Shown piece after piece: positions 1-8,661 of a DNA stretch of 36,389 nt (position 1 is the first letter of the stretch; each line of letters begins with the position of its first letter). The stretch covers positions 1 to 36,389 of the IMG/VR virus record IMGVR_UViG_3300036773_000058, one strand, 5' to 3'. A program made the position numbers and the translations under genes. The notes beneath the pieces are model-generated. The model was not told the DNA's origin. It worked only from the letters and a program-made list of their open reading frames with translations, and ran no database searches. This DNA is from a virus. Its lineage: Duplodnaviria; Caudoviricetes.

Positions 1-127
1 CCGCCTTGACCTCGGCGGGACCGGCCACGACGAACGTCTTGCGGAACGTGGAGCCCGTCGACCCGTCGGCTGAGCGGCTAATGACTTCGCCCTCGACATC
101 GCCGTGCAGCGCCGGGTGCTGGTCGGC
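1..127. repeat. 127-bp exact terminal direct repeat, copy 1 (circular contig overlap)
   Basis: Bases 1-127 are identical to 36263-36389. The length matches a common assembler k-mer and an ORF continues in frame across the junction. Confidence 0.95.
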
Positions 128-190
128 CCGTGGGCCGGTCTCCGGCTCGTGCTCCTCGTCGGCCTTAGCCCGGTGGGACCTGAGCGGCAT
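1..190 (-). CDS. Hypothetical virion-region protein after the major capsid gene, 5' part (continues at 36262..36018; about 144 aa in total)
   Basis: ATG at 190 lies 2 nt after the capsid stop. It reads MPLRSHRAKADEEHEPETG...RKTFVVAGPAEVKAEH, in frame with ORF 36018..36290. Confidence 0.75.
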   Translation of the reverse strand, partial: MPLRSHRAKADEEHEPETGPRADQHPALHGDVEGEVISRSADGSTGSTFRKTFVVAGPAEVKA

Positions 191-192
191 CG

Positions 193-1134
193 TCAGGGCC
201 TCGTCTCAAGAATCGAGAACGCCTGCTCGACGCCGGGGGCGAAGGCCCGACGAGCGCGCATCTTCAGGAGCGCCTCGTCGGTCAGCGCGGCGAGCCCGTT
301 GCGGCCGTCGATGAACACGGTCTCCGGGCCGGACCGGACGCCCAGCAGCAGGTACATCGGGTTGCAGAAGATCAGCAGCGGGTTGCCGGTGGGGGTCGAC
401 GTAGGAGCCGCAGAGGTCTTCGCACCCAGGCTCCAGTGCGCCCGGTAGCCAAAGATCGTGTCGGCGGTCTTGCCCTGGCCACCGCCGGGAACGCCGGTCG
501 AGCCCTCTTGGAAGATCGGGCGGTTCTGGGTGTCCAACACGCCGCGCAGGAGCTTCTTGTAGGCGGGGTGCGCGATGACCAGGCTCTCCGACTCATCGAA
601 GTAGTCACCGGCCTCGTAGATCCCGGCCGCCACGCTCAGGTTGGCGTAGCTCACGGCGCCGCCGGTGGCGGTCTGCGTGAGGTTGTCGTTGCCGGTGTAG
701 CCGGTCGACGCGTCGGTCTGCGTGAGCAGGTAGTACAGCGAGTCGAACGCGCAGCCCGAGGTGCCCTTCGCGGCGGTCACCGCGAGACAGCTGTTGTCCA
801 AGGTTTTGGCGTAGGCGGTGGCCCAGTCGACGGTCTTGGCGTTGACGATGTCGGCCAGGGAGTCGTCGATGTCCTCCTCGGCAATGCGGATGGCCTTGCC
901 GAACTTCTGGACCCGCAGCACAACCTCGTCGTTGGTGCTGGCGTCCTCGGAGTAGGTGCCGCCCTTGGCGACCATGCCGACACCGACACCCGCGCTGCGG
1001 GGGGTCGACTTCGTCTGAGTGCCCATGGGCACGCGCTGGGCGTAGGCCTCAAGCGCAGAAACCTGGGTGACCTTCTGGATGACGTTGGACCCGAACTCCT
1101 CGGGAATCCACGCCTCATAGGTATTGCGAGCCAT
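193..1134 (-). CDS. Major capsid protein (HK97 fold)
   Basis: 313 aa with WIPEEF N-terminus, ISEE-like IAEEDIDDS, LLRGVLDTQNRPIF, and a C-terminal MRARRAF...AFSIL. It lies downstream of portal and scaffold. Confidence 0.92.
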   Translation of the reverse strand: MARNTYEAWIPEEFGSNVIQKVTQVSALEAYAQRVPMGTQTKSTPRSAGVGVGMVAKGGTYSEDASTNDEVVLRVQKFGKAIRIAEEDIDDSLADIVNAKTVDWATAYAKTLDNSCLAVTAAKGTSGCAFDSLYYLLTQTDASTGYTGNDNLTQTATGGAVSYANLSVAAGIYEAGDYFDESESLVIAHPAYKKLLRGVLDTQNRPIFQEGSTGVPGGGQGKTADTIFGYRAHWSLGAKTSAAPTSTPTGNPLLIFCNPMYLLLGVRSGPETVFIDGRNGLAALTDEALLKMRARRAFAPGVEQAFSILETRP

Positions 1135-1138
1135 TGCT

Positions 1139-1208
1139 CGTAGCCCTTCGGGGACCTAGCGGGATGGGGGGATGCCTCCGCGCCCCATCCGGGTCCGCCT
1201 GGGCTACG
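1139..1208 (-). promoter_or_regulatory. Structured 5' leader of the capsid gene (nested inverted repeats)
   Basis: Nested pairs CGTAGCCC/GGGCTACG, GGACC/GGTCC and GGATGGGG/CCCCATCC. The outer stem overlaps the GAAGGG Shine-Dalgarno region. Confidence 0.55.
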
Positions 1209-1246
1209 CGACCACCTGGCCGCCTGGCCGTGCTGCTACTTACTCA

Positions 1247-1255
1247 ACGTTAACA
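1247..1255 (-). promoter_or_regulatory. Candidate extended -10 promoter (TG-T-TAACGT) upstream of the capsid leader
   Basis: TGnTANNNT motif in an AT-rich intergenic patch. No good -35 seen. Confidence 0.4.
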
Positions 1256-1260
1256 CCGGA

Positions 1261-1680
1261 TCACTCCGATGCGTGCTGCTCCAGGGTCGACACACGGGTG
1301 CTCAGATCGGCCACCTGGCCGTCGAGCCGGTTACCCCACTCCTGGCCCTCCGCCAGCCACGTCTTCGCGTCACCGTCCACGTGACCGTCGAGCTTCGTCT
1401 CGATCGACGCCGTCTGCGCCTTCACTGCCGCCACATCGGACTTCACCGCAGCCAGGTCAGACGTGCCCTGATCCTGGTGGATCTTGAACTGCTCTTGATT
1501 GGATTCCATCGTGCCCAGCCGGTCAAGCACGCTGGGGTGCTTGACCGTGCCGTCACCGAACCATCCGTCTAGGAACCGAGCGAACCGACGCATCGCCTTC
1601 ACCACTTTCAGGAGTACGACCCAGGCACCGCCCACGGCGACGACCGCAGCGGCAATCGCCGCGAGCTGCGCTGGAGTCAC
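1261..1680 (-). CDS. Membrane protein (N-terminal TM helix plus coiled coil); possible holin or lysis-associated protein
   Basis: Likely GTG start at 1680, just after the scaffold stop. Hydrophobic LAAIAAAVVAVGGAWVVLL is followed by a basic stretch and heptad repeats. Confidence 0.6.
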   Translation of the reverse strand: MTPAQLAAIAAAVVAVGGAWVVLLKVVKAMRRFARFLDGWFGDGTVKHPSVLDRLGTMESNQEQFKIHQDQGTSDLAAVKSDVAAVKAQTASIETKLDGHVDGDAKTWLAEGQEWGNRLDGQVADLSTRVSTLEQHASE

Positions 1681-1681
1681 G

Positions 1682-2215
1682 TCATCCCCCCAATACCTGT
1701 GCAGCGATTTTCTCACCCGTAGTGAGCGCCTTGCCGTTACTGGGCGGCCTGTCGCCCGTGTTGAGGCGCGGGGGCCGCTTATCGGTCGGCGTGAACAGCT
1801 CCGGGTAATCGGCCTTGATCGCCTTGACCTGCTCCGTCAAGCCGGTCACATCGCCGTCGTCATCGACGTCCAGCGCATCGAGGTCCAGCATGCGGACCAC
1901 CCGCGCCATGCGCTCCGGCGTGCTGCCCTGGAGTCCGGCCTCAAGGAATGCGGCCTTCGCAGCGGAACGGACCGCCACGGGCTTGAATCGCTTCTCGGCA
2001 GCGTCGGCGGCCTCACGCGCTGCCTTGCCATCGGCGTCCTCGGACTTCGTCTGAAGGGCGCGGGCGGCCTCACGGTGGGTCTTGGCCTCAGCGTTCGCCT
2101 TCGCAAGCGCCCGCTGCATCCTCTCGTGCTCATCTTTGGTGGGCGGAACCCACGGTGGCGGATCGGTGGGTGGCGGATCGTCCTCGGGGGGATCCACGGG
2201 AGGGTCGGCGGCCAT
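1682..2215 (-). CDS. Capsid scaffolding protein
   Basis: Acidic/Pro-rich N-terminus, ALAKANAEAK coiled coil and KADYPELF motif; lies between portal and capsid. Confidence 0.85.
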   Translation of the reverse strand: MAADPPVDPPEDDPPPTDPPPWVPPTKDEHERMQRALAKANAEAKTHREAARALQTKSEDADGKAAREAADAAEKRFKPVAVRSAAKAAFLEAGLQGSTPERMARVVRMLDLDALDVDDDGDVTGLTEQVKAIKADYPELFTPTDKRPPRLNTGDRPPSNGKALTTGEKIAAQVLGG

Positions 2216-2245
2216 GCTTACCTCATTTCAACGGTTGTTGAGATA

Positions 2246-3736
2246 TTACTTCGGGTTATTGGCCGGTAACGGCGGCACGCTCACCGGCGGAGGCGCAGGA
2301 GTGGGCATCGGCGGAGGTGCCGGCACCGGGCGGGGCATCTCGCCTTCGGGCCCGAACCACTTCTCCACCTGCTCATCGGAATACCCAGCCTCGAGAAAAG
2401 CCTGAGCAGGGGGCACGCCGCAGTCCATCTTCTCCGCGACCGTCTGCCATCCCTCCAGGTCATCCACGGTCTGGGCAGGGGTCCACCGCACGGTGACCTC
2501 GGCCGCGATGCCGGCCACCCGCAGGGAGAAACCGAACAGCTCGCGCCACGTGTCGCCGAACGACAACTGAAGATCCTCGATCTTGTGCACGAACGGGGCC
2601 TCCGCCGCACGCAACGACTGGCCCGACGGGGCGTCTCCAGTGGGGTCAATCCGGTGCAGCGGGGTATTGGTCACCTCGCTGCCGAAGCGGAGATACGTCA
2701 GCATCGGCTCGGTGAAGTTCTGGTGCTGAGCAGTATCAAACTGCCCGACGCCCGTCAGGCCCCGCATGTACCAAACAGAGCCGGGGTCGGCGCTGAACTG
2801 CGACCGGCCCTCGCCCGCCGGTGGCACGGTGGAGCCGGTGCCGGAGTCAGCAAAGGCGAAAATGTCCTCGTCCTCAGCGGCCGGCTCTGAGGAGTCCATG
2901 TCCGGCGCCATCAGGGCGTAGCGCTGCGGAAACGCCTGGTAGTCCACGCCGGCCATGTGACTCAGGATCAGCTTGTGGATCGCGTCCTGCGGCCCGTAGA
3001 ACCCCTTGTGCACCGGCTCCCCATAGGGCTGATCGGTGCGGAAGTGGAACACGGGGATCTCGCCGAACGGGTTGTCGACCGGCCACGTGCCGTCCTCGTC
3101 GGTGAACTGCATCCAGTCCCCCGGCTTCTCGCCCTTCGCACCCGGCTTCGTGATCCACTTCTCGATGCGATCCGGGTAGTACACGTCGGCCCGGTGCCGC
3201 TTGCCGCCGACCTCCCACCGCTTCACGGCGTAGGACTTGAGCAGCGGGTTTTCCGTGTCGTAGACGATCCGCACGCACTGGGCGCTGTTGTAGAAGATGT
3301 CCACACCGCTGTCGTCGTCGCTGGGCCACACGATCACGTAGGCGTCGCCGAACTCGCACGCCCGGCGGATGATCTGGCGCGACTGAAGCGCGATCTTGTT
3401 TCGCAGCCAGATGTCCCGCAGCGCGGAATCCGCGGTGGTGTCAGCGCACGTCACAGCGGCCAGCTTGAGCCGCTCAACGACCGCATCGACGGGGATCTTC
3501 GCGAAGTTGAACCGGAACGCCGCCCCGGTGCGCATCATGGCCCGGCGCAGGCGCGGGGACGCAAAGAACTCGGGGATCTCGCCCGAGTAATACTGCCCGG
3601 CCTTGTGGTAGCCCGGCATGGCGTCGTCGAGCTGCGACAAACCCGCGATCAGGTCTCCCAGGCCGCCGGACGGGGTGTCGTCGGGCTCCGCCGCCGCCAG
3701 GGCGAGCTTGACGAAGTTGTCCACTGGTGCGCTCAC
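2246..3736 (-). CDS. Portal protein (SPP1 gp6-like)
   Basis: 496 aa with NFAKIPVDAVVERL, FGDAYVIVW, NPFGEIPVFHF, AFPQRY and PSGQSLRAAE; directly follows the terminase. Confidence 0.92.
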   Translation of the reverse strand: MSAPVDNFVKLALAAAEPDDTPSGGLGDLIAGLSQLDDAMPGYHKAGQYYSGEIPEFFASPRLRRAMMRTGAAFRFNFAKIPVDAVVERLKLAAVTCADTTADSALRDIWLRNKIALQSRQIIRRACEFGDAYVIVWPSDDDSGVDIFYNSAQCVRIVYDTENPLLKSYAVKRWEVGGKRHRADVYYPDRIEKWITKPGAKGEKPGDWMQFTDEDGTWPVDNPFGEIPVFHFRTDQPYGEPVHKGFYGPQDAIHKLILSHMAGVDYQAFPQRYALMAPDMDSSEPAAEDEDIFAFADSGTGSTVPPAGEGRSQFSADPGSVWYMRGLTGVGQFDTAQHQNFTEPMLTYLRFGSEVTNTPLHRIDPTGDAPSGQSLRAAEAPFVHKIEDLQLSFGDTWRELFGFSLRVAGIAAEVTVRWTPAQTVDDLEGWQTVAEKMDCGVPPAQAFLEAGYSDEQVEKWFGPEGEMPRPVPAPPPMPTPAPPPVSVPPLPANNPK

Positions 3737-3745
3737 TGCTACCTC

Positions 3746-5323
3746 CTATGCCACGTACGAGGCGGCCGTGACGGACGCGACGTTCTTTTTGCCCAGGAAC
3801 ACGGCCACACCGGTCCCTATGGCGTCGACCAGGTCATCGTTGGCGCCCTTGGGGAACGCCACCATCTGCTCCTCTACCGCAGGTAGGCGCTGCTCGTGGA
3901 TAACGCGCCGTCGCTGGTAGTGGTTGAGCAGCCGCGCCGCCCGCACTTCCTTGGGCTCGTGCTGATGGACGATGCGCAGCGGCACCGGCAGGCCGTGCAG
4001 GATGGCCCGCCACGCATCGGCCCCCTGGTTGCCCTCAACGGTCACGCCGCCAATGTCGGGGTAGGCGTCTAGCGTGCGCAGCACGAGCGCCCGCAGCTCG
4101 GTGCCCGGCGGAATGCGCACCGCGCGAGCCCAGCGCACCACGCATTCCCGGCGGGGCTTGGAGTAGCCGATGACGGCCAGCGCGGTGAAGTCCGACTTGC
4201 CCTTACTGGTCACGGCCGGGTCGACGCTCAACAGCTGGTGGGTCAGGGGCGACGGGCAGCCGTAGGTGAAGTCGTCCGACGTCCAGTAGTCGCCGTCCAT
4301 GGCCAGCGGGTCATTGAGCATGTTCAGGCGAAAGCTCCGGGTGTGCCGGATCGGCTCCAGGTAGCTCATCGGCCACTTCGCGGGCCACAGCGACCGCTCC
4401 GTGCCGTCCCCGTTGTCCAGGATCGCCGGGTAGTAGTGGCAGCGGAAGCCTTCGGCGGTGACCCACTCCTCGGGTGTTTCCCCAGGTAGGGTCCGTGTCT
4501 TCACAAGATCGTGAACGATCGACCCCGGCATCGTGACCGTGCCCGACAGCACCACCCGTGCGTAGACGTTCAGCGGCAGGATCGCGTCGAGCAGCGTCGC
4601 CAGACGCTTGTCCTTCTGGTACGCGGAGTAGTTCGAGCCGGACGGCTCCACATCATCCAAGATCAGCAGGTCGGGCCGGCGCTCACCGACCTTCATGCCC
4701 AACGCCGACGCGTCGATGCCCTTCGCGGCGAACGTGAACCCGTTGCGGCACACCAGCATCCCCGCACGGTCAGCCTGCACCACGCCCCGCAGCCGGCGGG
4801 CCGGCGCGCACAGCTCCGGGAAGTCGTGGCGCAGCAGCGGGTTGCTGTCCAGCTCGTGCTTAAAGGTCGCCAGGTGCATCTCCGCCTGGCCGGCGGAGTC
4901 CGCGAACGCCGCCACGAACTTGCGCCAACCATGGGCCGCCGCCCACAGCGGCAACGCCAGGAACAGCAGAGTGCTCTTGCCGCTGCCACGGGGCGCGACA
5001 TAGGCATCGCGGTGCTCAGCGGGCAGCTCGTCGGGCACGATCCAACGCTGGGCCTGCTCGATCAGGTCGAGGTGGAACTCGGAGAACGTGATCCGGTCAC
5101 CGGTCTCCGGGCCTCGCACGTGGTGCGGGAGATAGATCAAGATGAACGCGAGCGGATCCACCTTGCTCACGGCCCGCCGGTAGTCCGGTGAGCGCACCAG
5201 AGCATCAGCGTCAAACCGGGCCAGGTACGCCGGCAGGTCGAACGCGGGAGGCCCGGCCGCAGCGGGCGGACCATGGAGATCGCGACTGTTCTGGCCACGG
5301 CCGGGTACCAGCAGGGTAGTCAC
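3746..5323 (-). CDS. terL: Terminase large subunit
   Basis: Walker A APRGSGKST, Walker B LLILDDVE, RNase H-like SVDPA and C-terminal FPKGANDDLVDA. Confidence 0.93.
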   Translation of the reverse strand: MTTLLVPGRGQNSRDLHGPPAAAGPPAFDLPAYLARFDADALVRSPDYRRAVSKVDPLAFILIYLPHHVRGPETGDRITFSEFHLDLIEQAQRWIVPDELPAEHRDAYVAPRGSGKSTLLFLALPLWAAAHGWRKFVAAFADSAGQAEMHLATFKHELDSNPLLRHDFPELCAPARRLRGVVQADRAGMLVCRNGFTFAAKGIDASALGMKVGERRPDLLILDDVEPSGSNYSAYQKDKRLATLLDAILPLNVYARVVLSGTVTMPGSIVHDLVKTRTLPGETPEEWVTAEGFRCHYYPAILDNGDGTERSLWPAKWPMSYLEPIRHTRSFRLNMLNDPLAMDGDYWTSDDFTYGCPSPLTHQLLSVDPAVTSKGKSDFTALAVIGYSKPRRECVVRWARAVRIPPGTELRALVLRTLDAYPDIGGVTVEGNQGADAWRAILHGLPVPLRIVHQHEPKEVRAARLLNHYQRRRVIHEQRLPAVEEQMVAFPKGANDDLVDAIGTGVAVFLGKKNVASVTAASYVA

Positions 5324-5520
5324 GTGCGCGCCCGACGGCAGGTCACTTCACCGTCGCGTAGGGCGCTGAAGCCCATCTCGAACTGGCCGCCGGACGTCGC
5401 CTCCAACGCCGGGGACGACGCGGGCTCCGGTTCGGTCGACACCTCCAGGAGGCGACGACCGAGCACGGTGACGGTCAGTCTCACACCTGCGCTCGCAGTC
5501 GCGGTCGGATGCAGATCCAA
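5320..5520 (-). CDS. Small hypothetical protein
   Basis: Its stop overlaps the terL start (GTGA). The true start is uncertain. Confidence 0.45.
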   Translation of the reverse strand: MDLHPTATASAGVRLTVTVLGRRLLEVSTEPEPASSPALEATSGGQFEMGFSALRDGEVTCRRART

Positions 5521-5726
5521 GGCCAGTAGTCGGGCGACGTGCAGTACTGCACCATCAGCCCCGTCTCGTCGGCGATCGCGTGCAGCTCGGCCCCGACGTC
5601 ATCCGGGCGCCACATCGCGCCGTACTTGCGACCGTTGCGGAAGTACCGGACCTTGTGCGTCGACCCCTCAGTCTCGGGGTACATCCCGCCACCGGGGATC
5701 TCAACGAAGTCAGATACAGAGATCAC
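5481..5726 (-). CDS. Small hypothetical protein
   Basis: Its start overlaps the terS stop (GTGA); protein-like composition. Confidence 0.55.
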   Translation of the reverse strand: MISVSDFVEIPGGGMYPETEGSTHKVRYFRNGRKYGAMWRPDDVGAELHAIADETGLMVQYCTSPDYWPWICIRPRLRAQV

Positions 5727-6199
5727 TGCACGTGCCCCTCTCGTAACTGCTGCTCGGCCACCGCAGCGGCGGCCTGCGCTTCCCGCACCAGCTCAGCCAG
5801 CGCGATGTCCTCCTGGGTGACCTCGGTGACCGTGGCCTCCACGCGCTCCGGGGCATCAACCCCGAGCAGCTTCGCGCGGCGCTCCTCGACCTTCACGAGC
5901 ACTTCGATATTGCGGGCCAGCCGGCCGCCCTGCTCGTCGTCCTGGATCTGGTTGTGCAGCTTCTCGATGCACAGATCGAGGCGGTCGACGATGACGGCGC
6001 GCAGTTCGTCGGCCAGTGGTTGCACGCGCACTGCGAGGTGGGCGTTGATCCGGTTTTGCACGGTGCCGTGCGAGATCCTCAGCTCGTCGGCGATCTTGTC
6101 GTGGGACCAACCCGCGAGCTTGAGCTCGTAGCAGCGGCGGGACTGCTCTGCGGTCTCCACCTTGTTTCCCACGGTGCGCGTGCGAGGACCGTTGGGCAC
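5723..6199 (-). CDS. terS: Terminase small subunit (HTH)
   Basis: HTH LKLAGWSHDKIADELRISHGTV and ERRAKLLGVDAP motif; AGGAGG RBS; upstream of terL. Confidence 0.8.
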   Translation of the reverse strand: MPNGPRTRTVGNKVETAEQSRRCYELKLAGWSHDKIADELRISHGTVQNRINAHLAVRVQPLADELRAVIVDRLDLCIEKLHNQIQDDEQGGRLARNIEVLVKVEERRAKLLGVDAPERVEATVTEVTQEDIALAELVREAQAAAAVAEQQLREGHVQ

Positions 6200-6295
6200 G
6201 GGCGGTCACCTCCTGTGACCGTCCAGCATAACTCCGGTATTTCTGCATCCGTTGAAATGCTGGACGGCGCGCCCAGGATGGCGGGGTCAGCGGCG

Positions 6296-6745
6296 TCAGA
6301 CGCCGCCCATCAGCCTCGACAGGGTTGTGCTCACGACGCTGACAAGCACGTCCCGCCCCGCCCCGCCGGCAGCCTGAAGCATGGCCTTGGCCCTGGACCT
6401 CTTCTCCGGGTCCGGCTCGTTCTCTGCACGCTCGGAGAGCACCGCTAGGAGCTGGTCAGCCAACGGCCCGCCGTCACCCGGCCACGCGTTGGATGCTCTC
6501 AGGCCTTTCTCAGTGACGCCCTTGATGATCAGGATCTGGGGGCCGTGGCCGCCCATCGCCTCGGTGGTCACCGCGTTGATGTGGTCGTTTTCGACGAACC
6601 GGCGCAGCGACCGTAGTGTCGCGTCACGCTGGTCCCCGGGGAAGGCGTCCAGAACCCGTTGTGGCTCCAGGTACTGGCCGTTGCTCTCACACAGCTCCAC
6701 AACCTTCACCAACACGGCGAGGTCGTTGCGCCACATCTCGTACAT
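6296..6745 (-). CDS. Hypothetical protein (possible winged-helix N-terminus)
   Basis: 149 aa ORF with GGAGG RBS; wing-like GVTEKGLRA segment. Confidence 0.7.
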   Translation of the reverse strand: MYEMWRNDLAVLVKVVELCESNGQYLEPQRVLDAFPGDQRDATLRSLRRFVENDHINAVTTEAMGGHGPQILIIKGVTEKGLRASNAWPGDGGPLADQLLAVLSERAENEPDPEKRSRAKAMLQAAGGAGRDVLVSVVSTTLSRLMGGV

Positions 6746-6863
6746 CCATCCTCCGAAGGGTTCGCCCGATCGAGCACCCCGTTTGGGTGACCGCTGGGTG
6801 TAACGACGCGGAGGTTAACAGTCAGCAATCACCATGCTTCGCGCAAGTCCTCTTTAGGGGGGC

Positions 6864-7427
6864 TCACGGAGGGGATCCAGATCCCAGCACCCGGTACACG
6901 GTGGGGCGCGCAACGCCCAGCACTTCGGCGATCGCCGTGATGGTGTGCTCACCGGAGGCGTGCATCTGCCGGGCCATCTCAACCTGGCGCTCGGTGAGCT
7001 TCGGGGGCCGGCCCCCGGTCCGGCCAGCAGCCTTCGCGGTGGCCAGGCCCGCCATGGTGCGCTCACGAATCAGGTCCCGCTCGAAGTGTGCCAGCGCCCC
7101 GAGCACATGGAACAGCAGCTTGCCGCCGGGAGTGGTGGTGTCGAACCCCTCGGTTAGGGAACGGAAGCCGACGCCCCGCTCCCCCAGGGACGTCACCACC
7201 TCGATCAGGTGCTGGATGGAGCGGCCCAGGCGGTCCAGCTTCCACACCACGATGGTGTCGGCCGGCCGGGCGTAGTCCAGCATGCGCTCCAGTTCGGGCC
7301 GCTCTCGCAGCGCGCCCGACGCCGTCTCAGAGAAGATCCGAACACAGCCCGCCGTGGCCAGCGCCTCGCGCTGGAGGGCGAGATCCTGGCCGCTGGTGCT
7401 GACTCGCGCGTAGCCGATGAGCGTCAC
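6864..7427 (-). CDS. Small serine recombinase (resolvase/invertase family) with C-terminal HTH
   Basis: IGYARVST, VVWKLDRLGRS, FERDLIRERT, GGRP and a C-terminal HTH (IAEVLGVARPTVYR). GTG start overlaps the upstream stop. Confidence 0.95.
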   Translation of the reverse strand: MTLIGYARVSTSGQDLALQREALATAGCVRIFSETASGALRERPELERMLDYARPADTIVVWKLDRLGRSIQHLIEVVTSLGERGVGFRSLTEGFDTTTPGGKLLFHVLGALAHFERDLIRERTMAGLATAKAAGRTGGRPPKLTERQVEMARQMHASGEHTITAIAEVLGVARPTVYRVLGSGSPP

Positions 7428-7663
7428 GAGAGTTCTTCGACCTCGCGTAGACACTCCGCCAACCGCTCGGCCAGTGCCCGCCAGTCGGCGGCGGGCAGGG
7501 AGACTCCGCCGAGGACCACGCCGCCCTGGCCGTCGTGGATTGCAGCGGCGCCGCCGTCGCGATCCAGTTCGTCGGCCGTAGCCGTGGCTGCGGCGAGAAG
7601 CCGCCGCGCGTCCTCGACCGACAAGAGGTCATCGCCGAGTTCAATGTGGGGGGTCATTGCCAT
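7424..7663 (-). CDS. Hypothetical protein translationally coupled to the resolvase
   Basis: ATG at 7663 is 6 nt downstream of a TACACT -10 box (leaderless pattern); GTGA overlap with the resolvase. Confidence 0.6.
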   Translation of the reverse strand: MAMTPHIELGDDLLSVEDARRLLAAATATADELDRDGGAAAIHDGQGGVVLGGVSLPAADWRALAERLAECLREVEELS

Positions 7664-7664
7664 G

Positions 7665-7740
7665 CCGTAAGTGTAACGCAAACGGTCGCGTAACAGGGTT
7701 CAGTTACATAACGAAACGTACGCGAGTTTCGGACACTTTC
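7665..7740. promoter_or_regulatory. Candidate res site overlapping the resolvase operon promoter
   Basis: AT-rich patch with several TAAC/GTTAC half-sites and the inverted repeat CGAAAC-N8-GTTTCG; TACACT at 7675-7670 on the minus strand. Confidence 0.55.
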
Positions 7741-7767
7741 GACCTGGGGACCAGCCGACGAGCAAGA

Positions 7768-7986
7768 TCATGCCGAGGACTGACCGGAATCGCTCGTTTG
7801 CGTACGGGCGGCCACAGCCTCCAAAGCCACAGCCGCGCCCTCCAGGCGGTACCTGCGCGCCGGTGGACACTCCAGGCGCCCCTCACCGATCGCGGCCAGC
7901 AAGGTCCGCATCCCCACGGCGACCTCAGCCACCGTCCGATCGTCGACAGACCCACCTTCACCGCTCATACCGCGATGGTCCCCCAT
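7768..7986 (-). CDS. Small hypothetical protein
   Basis: Compact ORF in the minus-strand cluster; start uncertain. Confidence 0.5.
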   Translation of the reverse strand: MGDHRGMSGEGGSVDDRTVAEVAVGMRTLLAAIGEGRLECPPARRYRLEGAAVALEAVAARTQTSDSGQSSA

Positions 7987-8006
7987 CGGAAGTCAGGGAT
8001 CTACGG

Positions 8007-8366
8007 TCACGGCTTCGGGCGCTCGGTAATCACGAGCGAACCATCGCCGCCCGGCACCTCGACCGTCATCAGCCGCACGCGGTCCCCAGCGGCCCGTATG
8101 CGCAGGCTGATGGTGTGTGCCCCCGGCGCTCCATCGAGGCTCACCATGATCAGGCACTTGTCACCGGGCCGCAGGTCCCCGAGTTCGGCCAGTTTGTCGG
8201 TGATGACGTTGCCCTGGCCGATGGCCTCGACGACGTGCTCACCGGACACCCAGGCTTCCGCGCCGACCAGCGGCTCATCGCCGGCATAGACCATGGGCAA
8301 CACGACCACGCCAGTGCTGAGTCGAGCGCCCTGCACTGCAAACCAGTCGCTGCTCATCCCAACCAC
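8007..8366 (-). CDS. Hypothetical protein
   Basis: 119 aa ORF overlapping the upstream stop; beta-rich. Confidence 0.55.
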   Translation of the reverse strand: MVGMSSDWFAVQGARLSTGVVVLPMVYAGDEPLVGAEAWVSGEHVVEAIGQGNVITDKLAELGDLRPGDKCLIMVSLDGAPGAHTISLRIRAAGDRVRLMTVEVPGGDGSLVITERPKP

Positions 8367-8605
8367 CCCACTAGGGCCTCGGACAGCACGCGGGCTGAGT
8401 CCTCACTCAGCAGGATCACACAGCAGCCGTCCACGTGGGGATCAAGCTCGATCTCCCCGTCGCGCTTGCTGGCGACGAGGTTGGCGAACCCGCGCGGACC
8501 GCCGTGGTGCGTGCAGGTCACGGGGATGGCATGACGGTTGCTGACGCTGCGGACTTGATCGTCGGTCACGGGGCTACCGTCGCGCCAAACCGGAACAGGT
8601 GCCAC
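8354..8605 (-). CDS. Small Cys/His-containing protein divergent from the XRE regulator
   Basis: CTHHGGPRGFANL...LDPHVDGCCVI; head-to-head with the regulator gene. Confidence 0.65.
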   Translation of the reverse strand: MAPVPVWRDGSPVTDDQVRSVSNRHAIPVTCTHHGGPRGFANLVASKRDGEIELDPHVDGCCVILLSEDSARVLSEALVGWLG

Positions 8606-8661
8606 CCTCTCAGTGTCGCCTCCTGTCGAGGCCGCGAACTAGGCGACAACGGGAGCATGGG

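Noticed and set aside
6864-7427. Gin/Cin-type tail-fibre inversion system
   Set aside because: The recombinase is far from the fibre genes, and I saw no inverted crossover sites or alternative reversed fibre ends around 22444-25574.
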